A stretch of DNA of 63,060 nt. It comes from Planctomycetota bacterium (GTDB lineage Bacteria > Planctomycetota > UBA1135 > GCA-002748355). Below, piece after piece: positions 45,378-54,274 of this stretch. The first letter of the stretch is position 1. Every line of letters starts with the position of its first letter. The stretch lies in the NCBI GenBank assembly GCA_024278315.1, contig JAJRTL010000076.1, positions 1-63,060 on the forward strand, in the 5' to 3' direction. The notes beneath the pieces were generated by a model that had not been told where the DNA came from, did not search any database, and worked only from the letters and a program-made list of their open reading frames with translations. Made by a program: the position numbers and the translations under genes.

Positions 45378-46528
45378 TGCGCTCTTTCTCTACACGGAGC
45401 AAGGTCTGCCTGGCTGCAGCCACCGCGGCACTCTGCCTCTCGGGCTCCTGGCTGGGTGCACAGATCACTGTCAAGGGCAGCCAGACCGCTGATGTCGAGA
45501 AGATCACCAAGGATGGCAACAACCTCTTCAGGGTATTGTCGCAGACCTTTGATCGCGTCGCCCTCACAGGGGAGCGCTACTGGTACAGCCTGCTGCCGGC
45601 GAGCGGCACGGGCAGCACTGCACAAAAGGCCCGGCTCCTCCGTTACCGCGAGAGCATCTCGATTCGTCCCAAGAGCCTCTCCAAGCTTCCACAACTCTCG
45701 TCTCCCAAGCGCCGTGCTGACTTCAGCCTGACCCTGCTGGAGCCAGGAGAGATCGGGGCCCAGATGTCGCCCACTGAGAAGAGCCTACGCAAGGCAGCTT
45801 TCCGGGATCGCTCAGGCTTCCTGCACTACCAGAGAGACTTCCGGATCCAGGATGTCGAGCAGGCCTCCAAGAACTACCGTGTCGTCCCCATGGGGGCCTG
45901 GCTCCACAGAAGGGCTACCGGCGGTCCCAGGGTCGCACGCATCTTCGACCTGTTCCCCAAGGGTGAACACGCCAAGAGTTCCGGTGCCTCGATCTTCCGC
46001 TTAGTCGTGGACCTCGAACATCAGATCGTGCTGGACTGGATCCGCTTCTCGATCGAAGGCCGATTGATCTCTGCTCTGAGCTACGACGAGTTCTCCCTGG
46101 GAACCAATGTCAGCTTCGACCCGGCAACCAAGTGGTGGAAGCCGTGGATCGATGTCGAGCCATACGAGAACACGACTGAGGCGAGCCGCAAGGTGGGGTT
46201 CACAATTGCGGAGCCAGGCAGCTTGCCCCAGGGCTTCCATCGCCTTGAGATCCGCTCGGCCAAGGAACCAATCCTTGGCACGCTCTACTCGGTCCTGATC
46301 TACACCGATGGCGTTCGCAACTTCTTCTTGCTTCAACACCGTAACAAGATCAGCTCGCTGAGCACGAGCAACGGAGGCACGAGCTCCGAACTCGTTACCG
46401 TCAAGCGCTTCCGCATGGGCCCTGTGACCCAATACGATGCGGAGTACAAGGGCATGACCTATCTCCTGCTCGGCCATGAGGAAAGGGGCGACGGAGTACC
46501 GACCCTCCTCCAAAGCCTGGTCCGTTAG
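45374..46528 (+). CDS. secreted protein, RseB/MucB- or LolA-like by context and a weak C-terminal pattern
   Basis: GTGATG start overlapping the upstream stop. Signal peptide MMRSFSTRSKVCLAAATAALCLSGSWLGAQ. The C-terminal segment FTIAEPGSLPQGFHRL...LIYTDGVRNFFLL resembles the RseB-type LP.GF...Y.DG pattern. Confidence 0.55.
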   Translation: MMRSFSTRSKVCLAAATAALCLSGSWLGAQITVKGSQTADVEKITKDGNNLFRVLSQTFDRVALTGERYWYSLLPASGTGSTAQKARLLRYRESISIRPKSLSKLPQLSSPKRRADFSLTLLEPGEIGAQMSPTEKSLRKAAFRDRSGFLHYQRDFRIQDVEQASKNYRVVPMGAWLHRRATGGPRVARIFDLFPKGEHAKSSGASIFRLVVDLEHQIVLDWIRFSIEGRLISALSYDEFSLGTNVSFDPATKWWKPWIDVEPYENTTEASRKVGFTIAEPGSLPQGFHRLEIRSAKEPILGTLYSVLIYTDGVRNFFLLQHRNKISSLSTSNGGTSSELVTVKRFRMGPVTQYDAEYKGMTYLLLGHEERGDGVPTLLQSLVR

Positions 46529-46796
46529 CAGCCGCTACCTACAAAGGAATAGCGCGATGGGTATGCACCATTTTCCCACCCTTCGGTGCCTTGCATAAAT
46601 AAGCGGTTCGGCACACAAGGCCCTTGGGGACCTAACTTGCGTCGCACAAAAAGGTTCAGGCATGGACCCTGTGTGCATGGGCTTGGCAATTGCACACAGA
46701 AGCGTATCCTGTTGTGCCCAGCACCTGGGCTGGGCCTCCTACCAACCAACGCAAAGGCAGCATTGCCTTCGCCCCCCTCCACACGACTGATTCACG

Positions 46797-48353
46797 ATGA
46801 AAGCCACAATCTCTATCTTGGCTGCGGGCCTTTGCCTCACTGCAGCAGTCTCTGCACAAACGAACTACTCGGTTGTGACCTCTTCGAGATTCGATGCGAC
46901 CTCCTTGGATGACAAGGGGGGCGAACTCTCGAAGATCCGTCCCTTCGGACTTTGGCAGTTCACTCCATCCAAAACAGGAACCGCTGCGTACCACGTGCTC
47001 AGCTCCAGCAACCTGTCAGCCCTCATGGGGGATCCCGATGGAGACGGAAAGCTTGCTGTCTTCAACGGCATGAAGGATGCGGGCACCTTTGCCATCAGCC
47101 CGTTCATCAAGGACAAGGACCGGAAGAAGAACGATCCGCGGCTCCTTTTCTGGACCGTGAAAGACTACGGAAAGCTCAACACGACGATCCATGTCTTCCG
47201 TAATGGCAAGAAGCACGTCGTTCGCCCTGGTGACTTCGTCCGGATCAATGCCAATGGCAATGCTGAGTTCTTCATCACACAAGACCTGATCATGAAGGGT
47301 GTGGGTGCCCAGAAGGGAGCCTTCATCAAGGGCGTCACAGCACTTTGTCAGAGCTCGACAGGAGCCCTGTTCTTTGCACCTGGACATGGGCGCAATGCTG
47401 CCAACACGGGCAGCGGTGGCGGCTTTTGGATCGGAAGCACCTTCATCTACGACGGAGGTGTCTGCACCATCCCGGCTTCCGCCATCAAGTACGACAACGC
47501 GGGCAATGTCGTGGACGTCAAGGGGTCCAGCGCCACGTTGCTCTTCAACGAGATCGGCAGTGGGCCTCTGTCCCAACTCAGCGCCAGGGACATGATCAAG
47601 AACTCCAACTTCAGGAGAACGGACGGACTCAACCAGAATACATCACTCTGGATGACCGGGGTCGAGATCGACCCCAACGGTGGCACCTTCAAGGATTGGG
47701 GTGGCAATGTGCAACCCAACCTGATCTTCACCTTTGAAAACTACAGGATCCAACTCGGGACGGCTTGGTTCCCCAGCTGGGCCGGCACGATCTTCTCGAC
47801 CCGGCCCACGAAGGGAGTCACAGCCATGGGAAGCCTGGCCGTCATCAATGGCGTGGAGATGGGCGTCACCACCAGCAAGGCGACGGGAGCCTGGACCGGC
47901 CTCAAGAACAGTCCCAAGCCTCCATGCCTGCGGGGCCTTGCGCTGCTGCAAGCCAACCACAAGCCCCTAGCTCCCAGCGGCCCCATCGGATCCACGACCA
48001 TCAATGATGGCGTCGTCACAATGGGTGTGGACCCCAGCATCGTCCTGGCCTTCCAGGACTCCAATCGCGTCGCTCCCGGGCTTCTCATGCTGGCCGCATC
48101 CGCCGGCAAGGGGCAGCGCTCGATCGGCCTGGATCTGGGAGTCATCCTGAGCGGCTACGCCGATGTGCATGTGCTGAGATTCGGCCCCAGCATCAATGTG
48201 GCCGGCGTCAGCGACATCAAGGGCCGTCTCACGGTCACCATACCGACACCCACGAACACGGCACTCAAGGGAGTCACGCTCAACTGGCAGATGCTCTTCG
48301 TGCGCGGCACGACCCTCAATATGACTCCCCCGGTCCTCACCGAGATCCGTTAG
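46797..48353 (+). CDS. secreted paralog-family protein C (divergent N-terminal domain, shared C-terminal module)
   Basis: Signal peptide MKATISILAAGLCLTAAVSAQ. The C-terminal RLTVTIPTPTNTALKGVTLNWQMLFV module is shared with the other family members. The TAG stop is followed at the next base by an element terminus. Confidence 0.75.
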   Translation: MKATISILAAGLCLTAAVSAQTNYSVVTSSRFDATSLDDKGGELSKIRPFGLWQFTPSKTGTAAYHVLSSSNLSALMGDPDGDGKLAVFNGMKDAGTFAISPFIKDKDRKKNDPRLLFWTVKDYGKLNTTIHVFRNGKKHVVRPGDFVRINANGNAEFFITQDLIMKGVGAQKGAFIKGVTALCQSSTGALFFAPGHGRNAANTGSGGGFWIGSTFIYDGGVCTIPASAIKYDNAGNVVDVKGSSATLLFNEIGSGPLSQLSARDMIKNSNFRRTDGLNQNTSLWMTGVEIDPNGGTFKDWGGNVQPNLIFTFENYRIQLGTAWFPSWAGTIFSTRPTKGVTAMGSLAVINGVEMGVTTSKATGAWTGLKNSPKPPCLRGLALLQANHKPLAPSGPIGSTTINDGVVTMGVDPSIVLAFQDSNRVAPGLLMLAASAGKGQRSIGLDLGVILSGYADVHVLRFGPSINVAGVSDIKGRLTVTIPTPTNTALKGVTLNWQMLFVRGTTLNMTPPVLTEIR

Positions 48354-48388
48354 CCCGAACGATTCATGACCTCGATGCGCCTGACGCC
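48354..48388 (-). mobile_element. solo right-type terminus (about 35 bp) of the foldback element family
   Basis: CCCGAACGATTCATGACCTCGATGCGCCTGACGCC starts at the base after TAG 48351-48353. Left flank is TTAG. Confidence 0.7.
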
Positions 48389-48398
48389 ATCGAGCTTC

Positions 48399-48443
48399 AT
48401 GAAGAAACCCCCATCGGGACAGTCCCGGTGGGGGTTTCTTCAT
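48399..48443. terminator. 15-bp perfect hairpin between convergent paralog genes
   Basis: ATGAAGAAACCCCCA-(15 nt)-TGGGGGTTTCTTCAT. No U-tract. Lies between the 3-prime ends of 46797-48353 (plus) and 48986-50092 (minus). Confidence 0.5.
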
Positions 48444-48548
48444 AGCCTGAAAGAGAGAAGGATGGGAGAAGCTGTGGTGCCCCACACTCATCGCTCACCC
48501 CATCCCACGCTCATTGGCCTCATGGCTCACCGGGCTCATGCAGCATAA

Positions 48549-48767
48549 CCCGGATGATTCATGACCTCGTTGTGAGCAAATGCGAGATCGGCTGCGCCGA
48601 TCTCGCATTTGCGGTCTGACGAGCGCATTTCGAGTTCAGGACGGCTGCGCGAGATATGAGGCGACCCAAGAGGTCGTCGAATCGAAGCCATGCCGAGCGA
48701 ACCGATAGGTTCGCGGTCCTGGACCAAAAGACGCCGTCAGACGCATCGAGGTCATGAATCGTTCGGG
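48549..48767 (+). mobile_element. foldback MITE-like element, full copy 3 (219 bp)
   Basis: Termini CCCGGATGATTCATGACCTCGTTG and reverse complement CCCGAACGATTCATGACCTCGATG. Flanks ATAA / ATAG. One base shorter than copies 1 and 2 (CAAGAGGTCG versus CAAGAGGGTCG). Confidence 0.85.
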
Positions 48768-48775
48768 ATAGGAAG

Positions 48776-48868
48776 GTGCTGAACTCACTGCCCAGGACAT
48801 CTTGCGATGTCATCCACGCGCGTGCTGGCATGATCGAACCATCGTGAACTCACTTCTCTCTCACGGAG
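48776..48868 (+). repeat. second interspersed repeat (about 93 bp), copy X
   Basis: GTGCTGAACTCACTGCCCAGGACATCTTGCGATGTCATCCACGCGCGTGCTGGCATGATCGAACCATCGTGAACTCACTTCTCTCTCACGGAG matches the reverse complement of 62919-63009 with few mismatches. Confidence 0.75.
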
Positions 48869-48985
48869 CCACAGAGAAGACACGGAGTGCATCAAGCAGC
48901 CCCGCCATTCAAGGCGACCTTTGAGGCCGCCTCCGTGCCCCCTGTGAGAGAGGAGGAGTCCATCGAACGACAGGGCCCTCCAGGA

Positions 48986-50092
48986 TCACTTCTTCGTGAT
49001 CTGGGTCACGAGACCAACACCGCGATCGACGTGCCCAACAGAGGAGTTGGAGCTGTTGGACAACCTGTAGACCAGGGTGGAATCGAGACCAGTCTGGCCG
49101 AGGTTTCTACCCATCCGGATCTGCACCCCATTGGAAAGTGCGATTGGGAAGGCAGGATTGACGCGCTTGTCCAAGGCCAACCATTGGAAGTACATCGTCT
49201 TGTTCACCAAGGACTTCAAACCAGGAAGTAGCAAGTCCAACTGGGCCGAGCCTTGGCTGCGTGTCTGAGCCGTAAAGGTCATGTCGTAGCTGGCGTAGAG
49301 CGAGCATCATGTCAACCCGAGTCCAGAGAGACTCAGCGGGAGCTTGATCCCACTCCACGTGCTGTTGCTTGCCCCCAGGATGCCGACAACGGGGCTGAGA
49401 GAAGGACCCTCATAGAGCAGCAAGGAGAGAGGGGTTGAGCTTCCGGGATTGGTGGCGATCGCGTAGGCGCGATTCTTGCCCAAGGGACAGGCGGTACCAA
49501 ACGCCTTGGCATCGCCATGATCGATCTGGCTCCTCACGGCATCCACCCAGTAGCCATGGATGCGATACCGGGATTCGTAGACGTAATGATCGATCGCCAG
49601 GTTGGGGCCCGTGAAGGCAAAGGGGAAATCGAGGGGAAACTTGATGTCGAACCCAGGCAAGCCCGAGGCAGGATTCTTGAGAACCGGGAAGTTGACTCGC
49701 TTGGCGAGGAACACGGTCCGCAGCGTGTTCAGCTTCCCGGTTCCAGGCTTGAGAAACCTCTCCATCTTGGTCGACGTCGTGGGCCAGAAGTTTCCCATGC
49801 GCACGGTCCAGATGGGAGTTGTGGACCGCCTCAAGCTGAGTGTCGGGAAGGCCTTCCCGTCTCTCCGGTAGGCGATGGCTGTGATGGAGCTGTTGAAGGT
49901 CAGCTTGCCGGCCAACAGGACAGAGCCGATGTACTGGGTCATGCGGCAACGGTCGTAGCCGAAGGGTCGCAGCTCCAGGGTGTTGCCCTCCTTCGTTGTA
50001 TTCGCTGAAGGAATGACGAAGGAACTGCTCGTCTGGGAAGGAAGGGATGCGGCGAGGAGGCCAGCCGCTGCAAGAAGGCTCGTGCTGCGCAT
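48986..50092 (-). pseudogene. secreted paralog-family protein D, interrupted by one in-frame TGA (49307-49309)
   Basis: ORFs 49307-50092 and 48986-49282 share a frame. The junction GLGLT*CSLYASYDM aligns to SLGLKGCSLQASMDI of the adjacent intact paralog. Signal peptide MRSTSLLAAAGLLAASLPSQ. Confidence 0.7.
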
Positions 50093-50175
50093 TGTCGAAA
50101 GTCCTGGAGGCAGTGAAGGGAAGAGGGGAGCGCTGAGTATAGCGCAATTGCCCCCCTCACTGAGGGACGATCGGC

Positions 50176-51309
50176 CTACTTGAGGGTGAACTGGGTCACC
50201 AAGGCCATCCCTGGGTCCACAAATCCATACAACCCGTTCACCAGGTTGTTCAACCCAATGCCGTATACCAGGGCAGCATCCACGTTGCCGATATTACCGA
50301 TCGTCGCCCCGGAGCGGACCTCGACACCGTTGGAGAGGGTCAATGGGAACGCAGGACTGATCCTCTTGTCCAGATTGATCCACTGATTCCAGAAGGTCAC
50401 GTTGGCGTGCCTGGCGGTTGGAGGAAGTGGAATCGTGAGGTTGGCACGCCCACTCTCGTTGGTCGGCACGGGATAGAAGATATCCATGCTGGCCTGAAGC
50501 GAACAACCTTTGAGGCCCAAGGAGGACAGGTCCCAGGGGAGCTTCACAGCACCCCAACTCGTCTTGCTGACACCGATCACACAGAGAGCGGCGCTCTGCT
50601 TGGGACCATCGAATTCATAGAGCTCGATGGCTCCTCCACCGGGATTCGAGGACAGGGCATACGCGCGATTGAGACCGGGAGGGCAGGACGAGCCATAGGT
50701 CTTGGAGCTACCCTGATCGACCTTGCCACGATGGGCATCGATGAAGTAGCCGAAGATCTGATTGCGGCTCTCATAGACCGAATGGTCGATGACAAGATTC
50801 GTGCCGTTGTGCACGAAGGGGATGTCCAGAGGGAACTTGAGTGTAAAAGCGGGTAGGACCCCCTTGGTGTGCGTCAGGTTCGGGAATTTGACTCTCTTTG
50901 CCGTAAAGGCGGTCCGGACGATGGGACCTCGGCCACGCCCCCCGGACGGACGCGTATGGAACGGCAAGGGTTTCGATGCACTCGTCGTCATGTTGCCCAT
51001 GCGAATCGTCCACGTGGGGTCAGTAGTACCTCTCCGGGGAGGCCTGACCATGGTGAGCCCCACGAAGGTCGAGCCATCCCTTCGATACGCCAAGGCCGTG
51101 ATGGTATTCCCCTTGGCAATTGCCCCCTTGAGCATCGAGGCCCCAATGTGCTGCGCCACACGCACGCGGTTGTAGCTGAAGGGGCGCATCTCGAAGGCGT
51201 TGCCCTCCACCTTGGCGAGGCTTTGGGGGATCGTCACCGTCTTGGTTTGGGCCAGAAGCGCTGGGCAGAACACCAGCAGAGAGACAGCAGGAAGGATGGC
51301 AGGCTTCAT
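50176..51309 (-). CDS. secreted paralog-family protein E (intact reference member)
   Basis: Start at MKPAILPAVSLLVFCPALLAQ (ATG 51309). Collinear with paralog D over its whole length. Contains the GC motif and the C-terminal FWNQWINLD...LSNG module. Confidence 0.8.
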   Translation of the reverse strand: MKPAILPAVSLLVFCPALLAQTKTVTIPQSLAKVEGNAFEMRPFSYNRVRVAQHIGASMLKGAIAKGNTITALAYRRDGSTFVGLTMVRPPRRGTTDPTWTIRMGNMTTSASKPLPFHTRPSGGRGRGPIVRTAFTAKRVKFPNLTHTKGVLPAFTLKFPLDIPFVHNGTNLVIDHSVYESRNQIFGYFIDAHRGKVDQGSSKTYGSSCPPGLNRAYALSSNPGGGAIELYEFDGPKQSAALCVIGVSKTSWGAVKLPWDLSSLGLKGCSLQASMDIFYPVPTNESGRANLTIPLPPTARHANVTFWNQWINLDKRISPAFPLTLSNGVEVRSGATIGNIGNVDAALVYGIGLNNLVNGLYGFVDPGMALVTQFTLK

Positions 51310-51603
51310 GTGGAATATCCAGGGGGATGGCTGGGGGGGGCGAGCCAGGATCTGGCTCGGAATCGCCTCGTCAGGCTGTCCCTCCAGCCTATGCTCGATG
51401 GAAGAGAGATCAAGCACCCCAGAAGAGGCCCTGTCACAGGTCTGCAAGGACCGCTCTGGCTTGCCTGAAGGGCCCCTACAGAATAGGATCTTCCGCCCGA
51501 TTTCCCCGAATTCAGCTCCGCTGGATGGATGGAGACGTTCCGGTCGAACGATACGGCCAGATCACAAGGAGTCGGCCCCAAACGGACCGGTGGAGAAGCA
51601 GTG

Positions 51604-52515
51604 ATGGACCCCAAGAACAGCAACGTCCCAGGATTCACGTCAGAAGAGGTCAAGACCAAGATCGGCTTCTGTGAGCAACTCAAGGGGGGCGTCATCATGG
51701 ACGTCACCGATTTCAAACAGGCCAAGATCGCCGAGGATGCGGGTGCCTGTGCGGTCATGGCCCTGGAGAGGGTCCCTGCTGATATCCGGCGGGACGGTGG
51801 CGTCGCGAGGATGTCCAGTGTGCAGAAGATCCGTGAGATCCAGGAGGTCGTCTCGATCCCCGTCATGGCCAAGGTTCGCATCGGCCATTTCGTCGAAGCG
51901 CAGATGCTCCAGGCTCTCGAGGTGGATTGCATCGACGAGTCCGAGGTCCTCACCATGGCCGATGAGAGCAACCACGTGTGGAAGCGTGACTACCCGATCC
52001 CGTTCGTCTGTGGATGTCGCAACCTCGGCGAGGCCATGCGTCGCGTCCATGAGGGAGCCGCCATGATCCGAACGAAAGGAGAAGCTGGTACGGGGAACAT
52101 CGTCGAGGCTGTGCGCCATATGCGCGCACTCATGAGCGGGATCCAGGGCTTGTCACGGCTCTCGCCTTCCGAACTCCAAGAGAAAGGCCGAGAGTTCCGC
52201 GTGCCCTATGAACTGGTCGAGTGGGTGGCTCGCGAAGGCCGCCTGCCTGTCCCCAATTTCTCCGCGGGGGGCATTGCCACGCCAGCCGATGCAGCCTTGA
52301 TGATGCAACTCGGTGCCGAGGCCGTCTTCGTCGGCTCGGGCATCTTCAAGTCGGAAGACCCTGAAGCCAGGGCACGCGCCATGGTCAAGGCAGTCACGCA
52401 CTACCAGGATGCAGCAACTCTCGTAGAAATCTCCATGTCCCTGGGTGAGGCAATGGAGGGGCTCGAAATGGAGAAGATCCCCGAAGAAGACCGCCTGGCC
52501 AATCGAGGCATCTGA
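51604..52515 (+). CDS. pdxS: pyridoxal 5-prime-phosphate synthase lyase subunit
   Basis: [24 protein letters not shown] and [16 protein letters not shown] motifs. Start MDPKNSN (ATG 51604). Confidence 0.95.
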   Translation: MDPKNSNVPGFTSEEVKTKIGFCEQLKGGVIMDVTDFKQAKIAEDAGACAVMALERVPADIRRDGGVARMSSVQKIREIQEVVSIPVMAKVRIGHFVEAQMLQALEVDCIDESEVLTMADESNHVWKRDYPIPFVCGCRNLGEAMRRVHEGAAMIRTKGEAGTGNIVEAVRHMRALMSGIQGLSRLSPSELQEKGREFRVPYELVEWVAREGRLPVPNFSAGGIATPADAALMMQLGAEAVFVGSGIFKSEDPEARARAMVKAVTHYQDAATLVEISMSLGEAMEGLEMEKIPEEDRLANRGI

Positions 52516-52520
52516 TTTCG

Positions 52521-53126
52521 ATGACCGAACCTGTGCGCATCGGTCTCCTTGCCATCCAAGGAGACTACCCATCGCATGAGCGTGCATTGTCGGGTAGGGA
52601 CCTTCGGCATGTTCGGGTGTCTCGACCCGAACACCTCGAGGGGTTGGCAGGTGTCATCCTTCCTGGGGGGGAGAGTTCAGTGATGCTCAAACTCCTGACG
52701 GAGGAGGGCCTCCTGGAGCCGCTGCGTTCCTGTATCCAATCAGGTATCCCGACATTGGCCACCTGCGCGGGAATGATCCTGATGGCACAGCATGTCCAAT
52801 CGCCTGCTCAAGCTAGCCTGGGACTCCTGGACATCTCTGTAGTCCGCAACGGCTATGGCCCCCAGATCCACTCAGGAGTCCACCGCGTCGAAGGAGCCCT
52901 GGGCTTCCCCGACTGTGAAGGTGTCTTTATCCGGGCTCCACTGGTTCAAGAGCCAGGCCCGGAGATCGAGATCCTCGGCACCTACCAAGGGGACCCTGTC
53001 CTGATCCGCCATGGTCGAATTGTCGCAGCGAGCTTCCACCCTGAACTGAGTGAAAACCACCCGGTCATGGAGCTGTTCTTGCACACAGTCGACCCGAACA
53101 TCGCAAGCGACCCCAGGCAATCCTGA
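52521..53126 (+). CDS. pdxT: pyridoxal 5-prime-phosphate synthase glutaminase subunit
   Basis: IGLLAIQGDY, LPGGESS, ATCAGMILM (catalytic Cys) and SFHPEL. Starts 5 nt after pdxS. Confidence 0.9.
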   Translation: MTEPVRIGLLAIQGDYPSHERALSGRDLRHVRVSRPEHLEGLAGVILPGGESSVMLKLLTEEGLLEPLRSCIQSGIPTLATCAGMILMAQHVQSPAQASLGLLDISVVRNGYGPQIHSGVHRVEGALGFPDCEGVFIRAPLVQEPGPEIEILGTYQGDPVLIRHGRIVAASFHPELSENHPVMELFLHTVDPNIASDPRQS

Positions 53127-53215
53127 CAAACGCGCAATCCTCCGCCTGGGGAAGTGATCCCTTCCCTGAGCGCGGATAGAATGTTCGGATCACGAATCAG
53201 CTTGCGAGGACAATC

Positions 53216-54211
53216 ATGAGTCACAGAGTTCTCTTCTATGGGCTTGGGCCCATCGGCCTGAGGGCGGTCCAATTGGCACAGGGCCGCGAGGATCTGGAAA
53301 TCGTTGGTGCCGTCGATATCGATCCGGCCAAAGTTGGAAAGGACCTTGGCGATCTCCTGGAGACCAACGCGCAACTTGGGATCCAGATCAGCGATGACGC
53401 CATGACCTGCATCCAGGAGACCAGGCCGGATCTCATCGTACACTGCACATCCTCTTGGTTGCCCAAGGTGGAGACCCAGCTCCTCGCCTGCCTTTAAGCA
53501 GGTGTCAACATCGTCTCCTCGACCGAGGAACTGCTTTGGCCTTGGCTCTCGAATCCAGAGATTGCAGAGAGGCTCGACAAGGCAGCTCTAGCCTCGGGTG
53601 CCGCGATCCTCGGAACCGGTGTCAACCCGGGATTCCTCATGGACAGCCTCCCTCTCTTTGCCAGCTCGGTTTGCTGGGAAGTCAGAAAGGTTGAATGTCG
53701 ACGGGCTCTCGATGCTGGACAACGCCGTATCCCCTTCCAGAACAAGGTCGGAGTCGGCCTTGCACTGGATGAGTTCGAGAGCAAGGCGGCTACGGGTGCC
53801 TTCGGGCACGTGGGGCTCGCCGAATCGATTGCCATGCTCGGTGCTGGTCTTGGATTCGAGATCGACACGATCGATCAGGGAGTAGAACCCATCATTGCCA
53901 AGACGACTGTGACCGTGGGCGAACAGGTCGTGCCAGAGGGCCGCGTCCTGGGTCTGCGCAACACGGGCACGGGTTCGAGCAAGGGTGAGACCTTGATCAG
54001 CATGGATTTCCAGGCCTACTTCGGTTGCGAAAACCCCATGGATGAGATGATCCTGGATTCGGATCCGCCCATGCATCTCCAGATCCCAGGAGGCACGCAT
54101 GGCGATCTGGCGACAGCAGCCATGTTGATCAACGCAGGCGTACGCTTGCTCGAGACTGGAGCAGGCCTCAAGACCATGCTTCAAGTTCCTCTTCCCCGCG
54201 TAGGCCCCTGA
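53216..54211 (+). pseudogene. DapB-like NAD(P)-dependent amine dehydrogenase/reductase (COG3804 type), interrupted by one in-frame TAA (53495-53497)
   Basis: ORFs 53216-53497 and 53639-54211 share a frame. Read-through gives ...VETQLLACL*AGVNIVSSTEELLWPW...AAILGTGVNPGFLMDSLPL..., a continuous Rossmann N-domain (VLFYGLGPIGL) plus DapB-like C-domain. Confidence 0.75.
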
Positions 54212-54274
54212 CCCTTCCGTTTCTTCTCGACACCTCGACCCCCTTCTCCTGGAAGGCTCTCCCAGAAGACCAAT

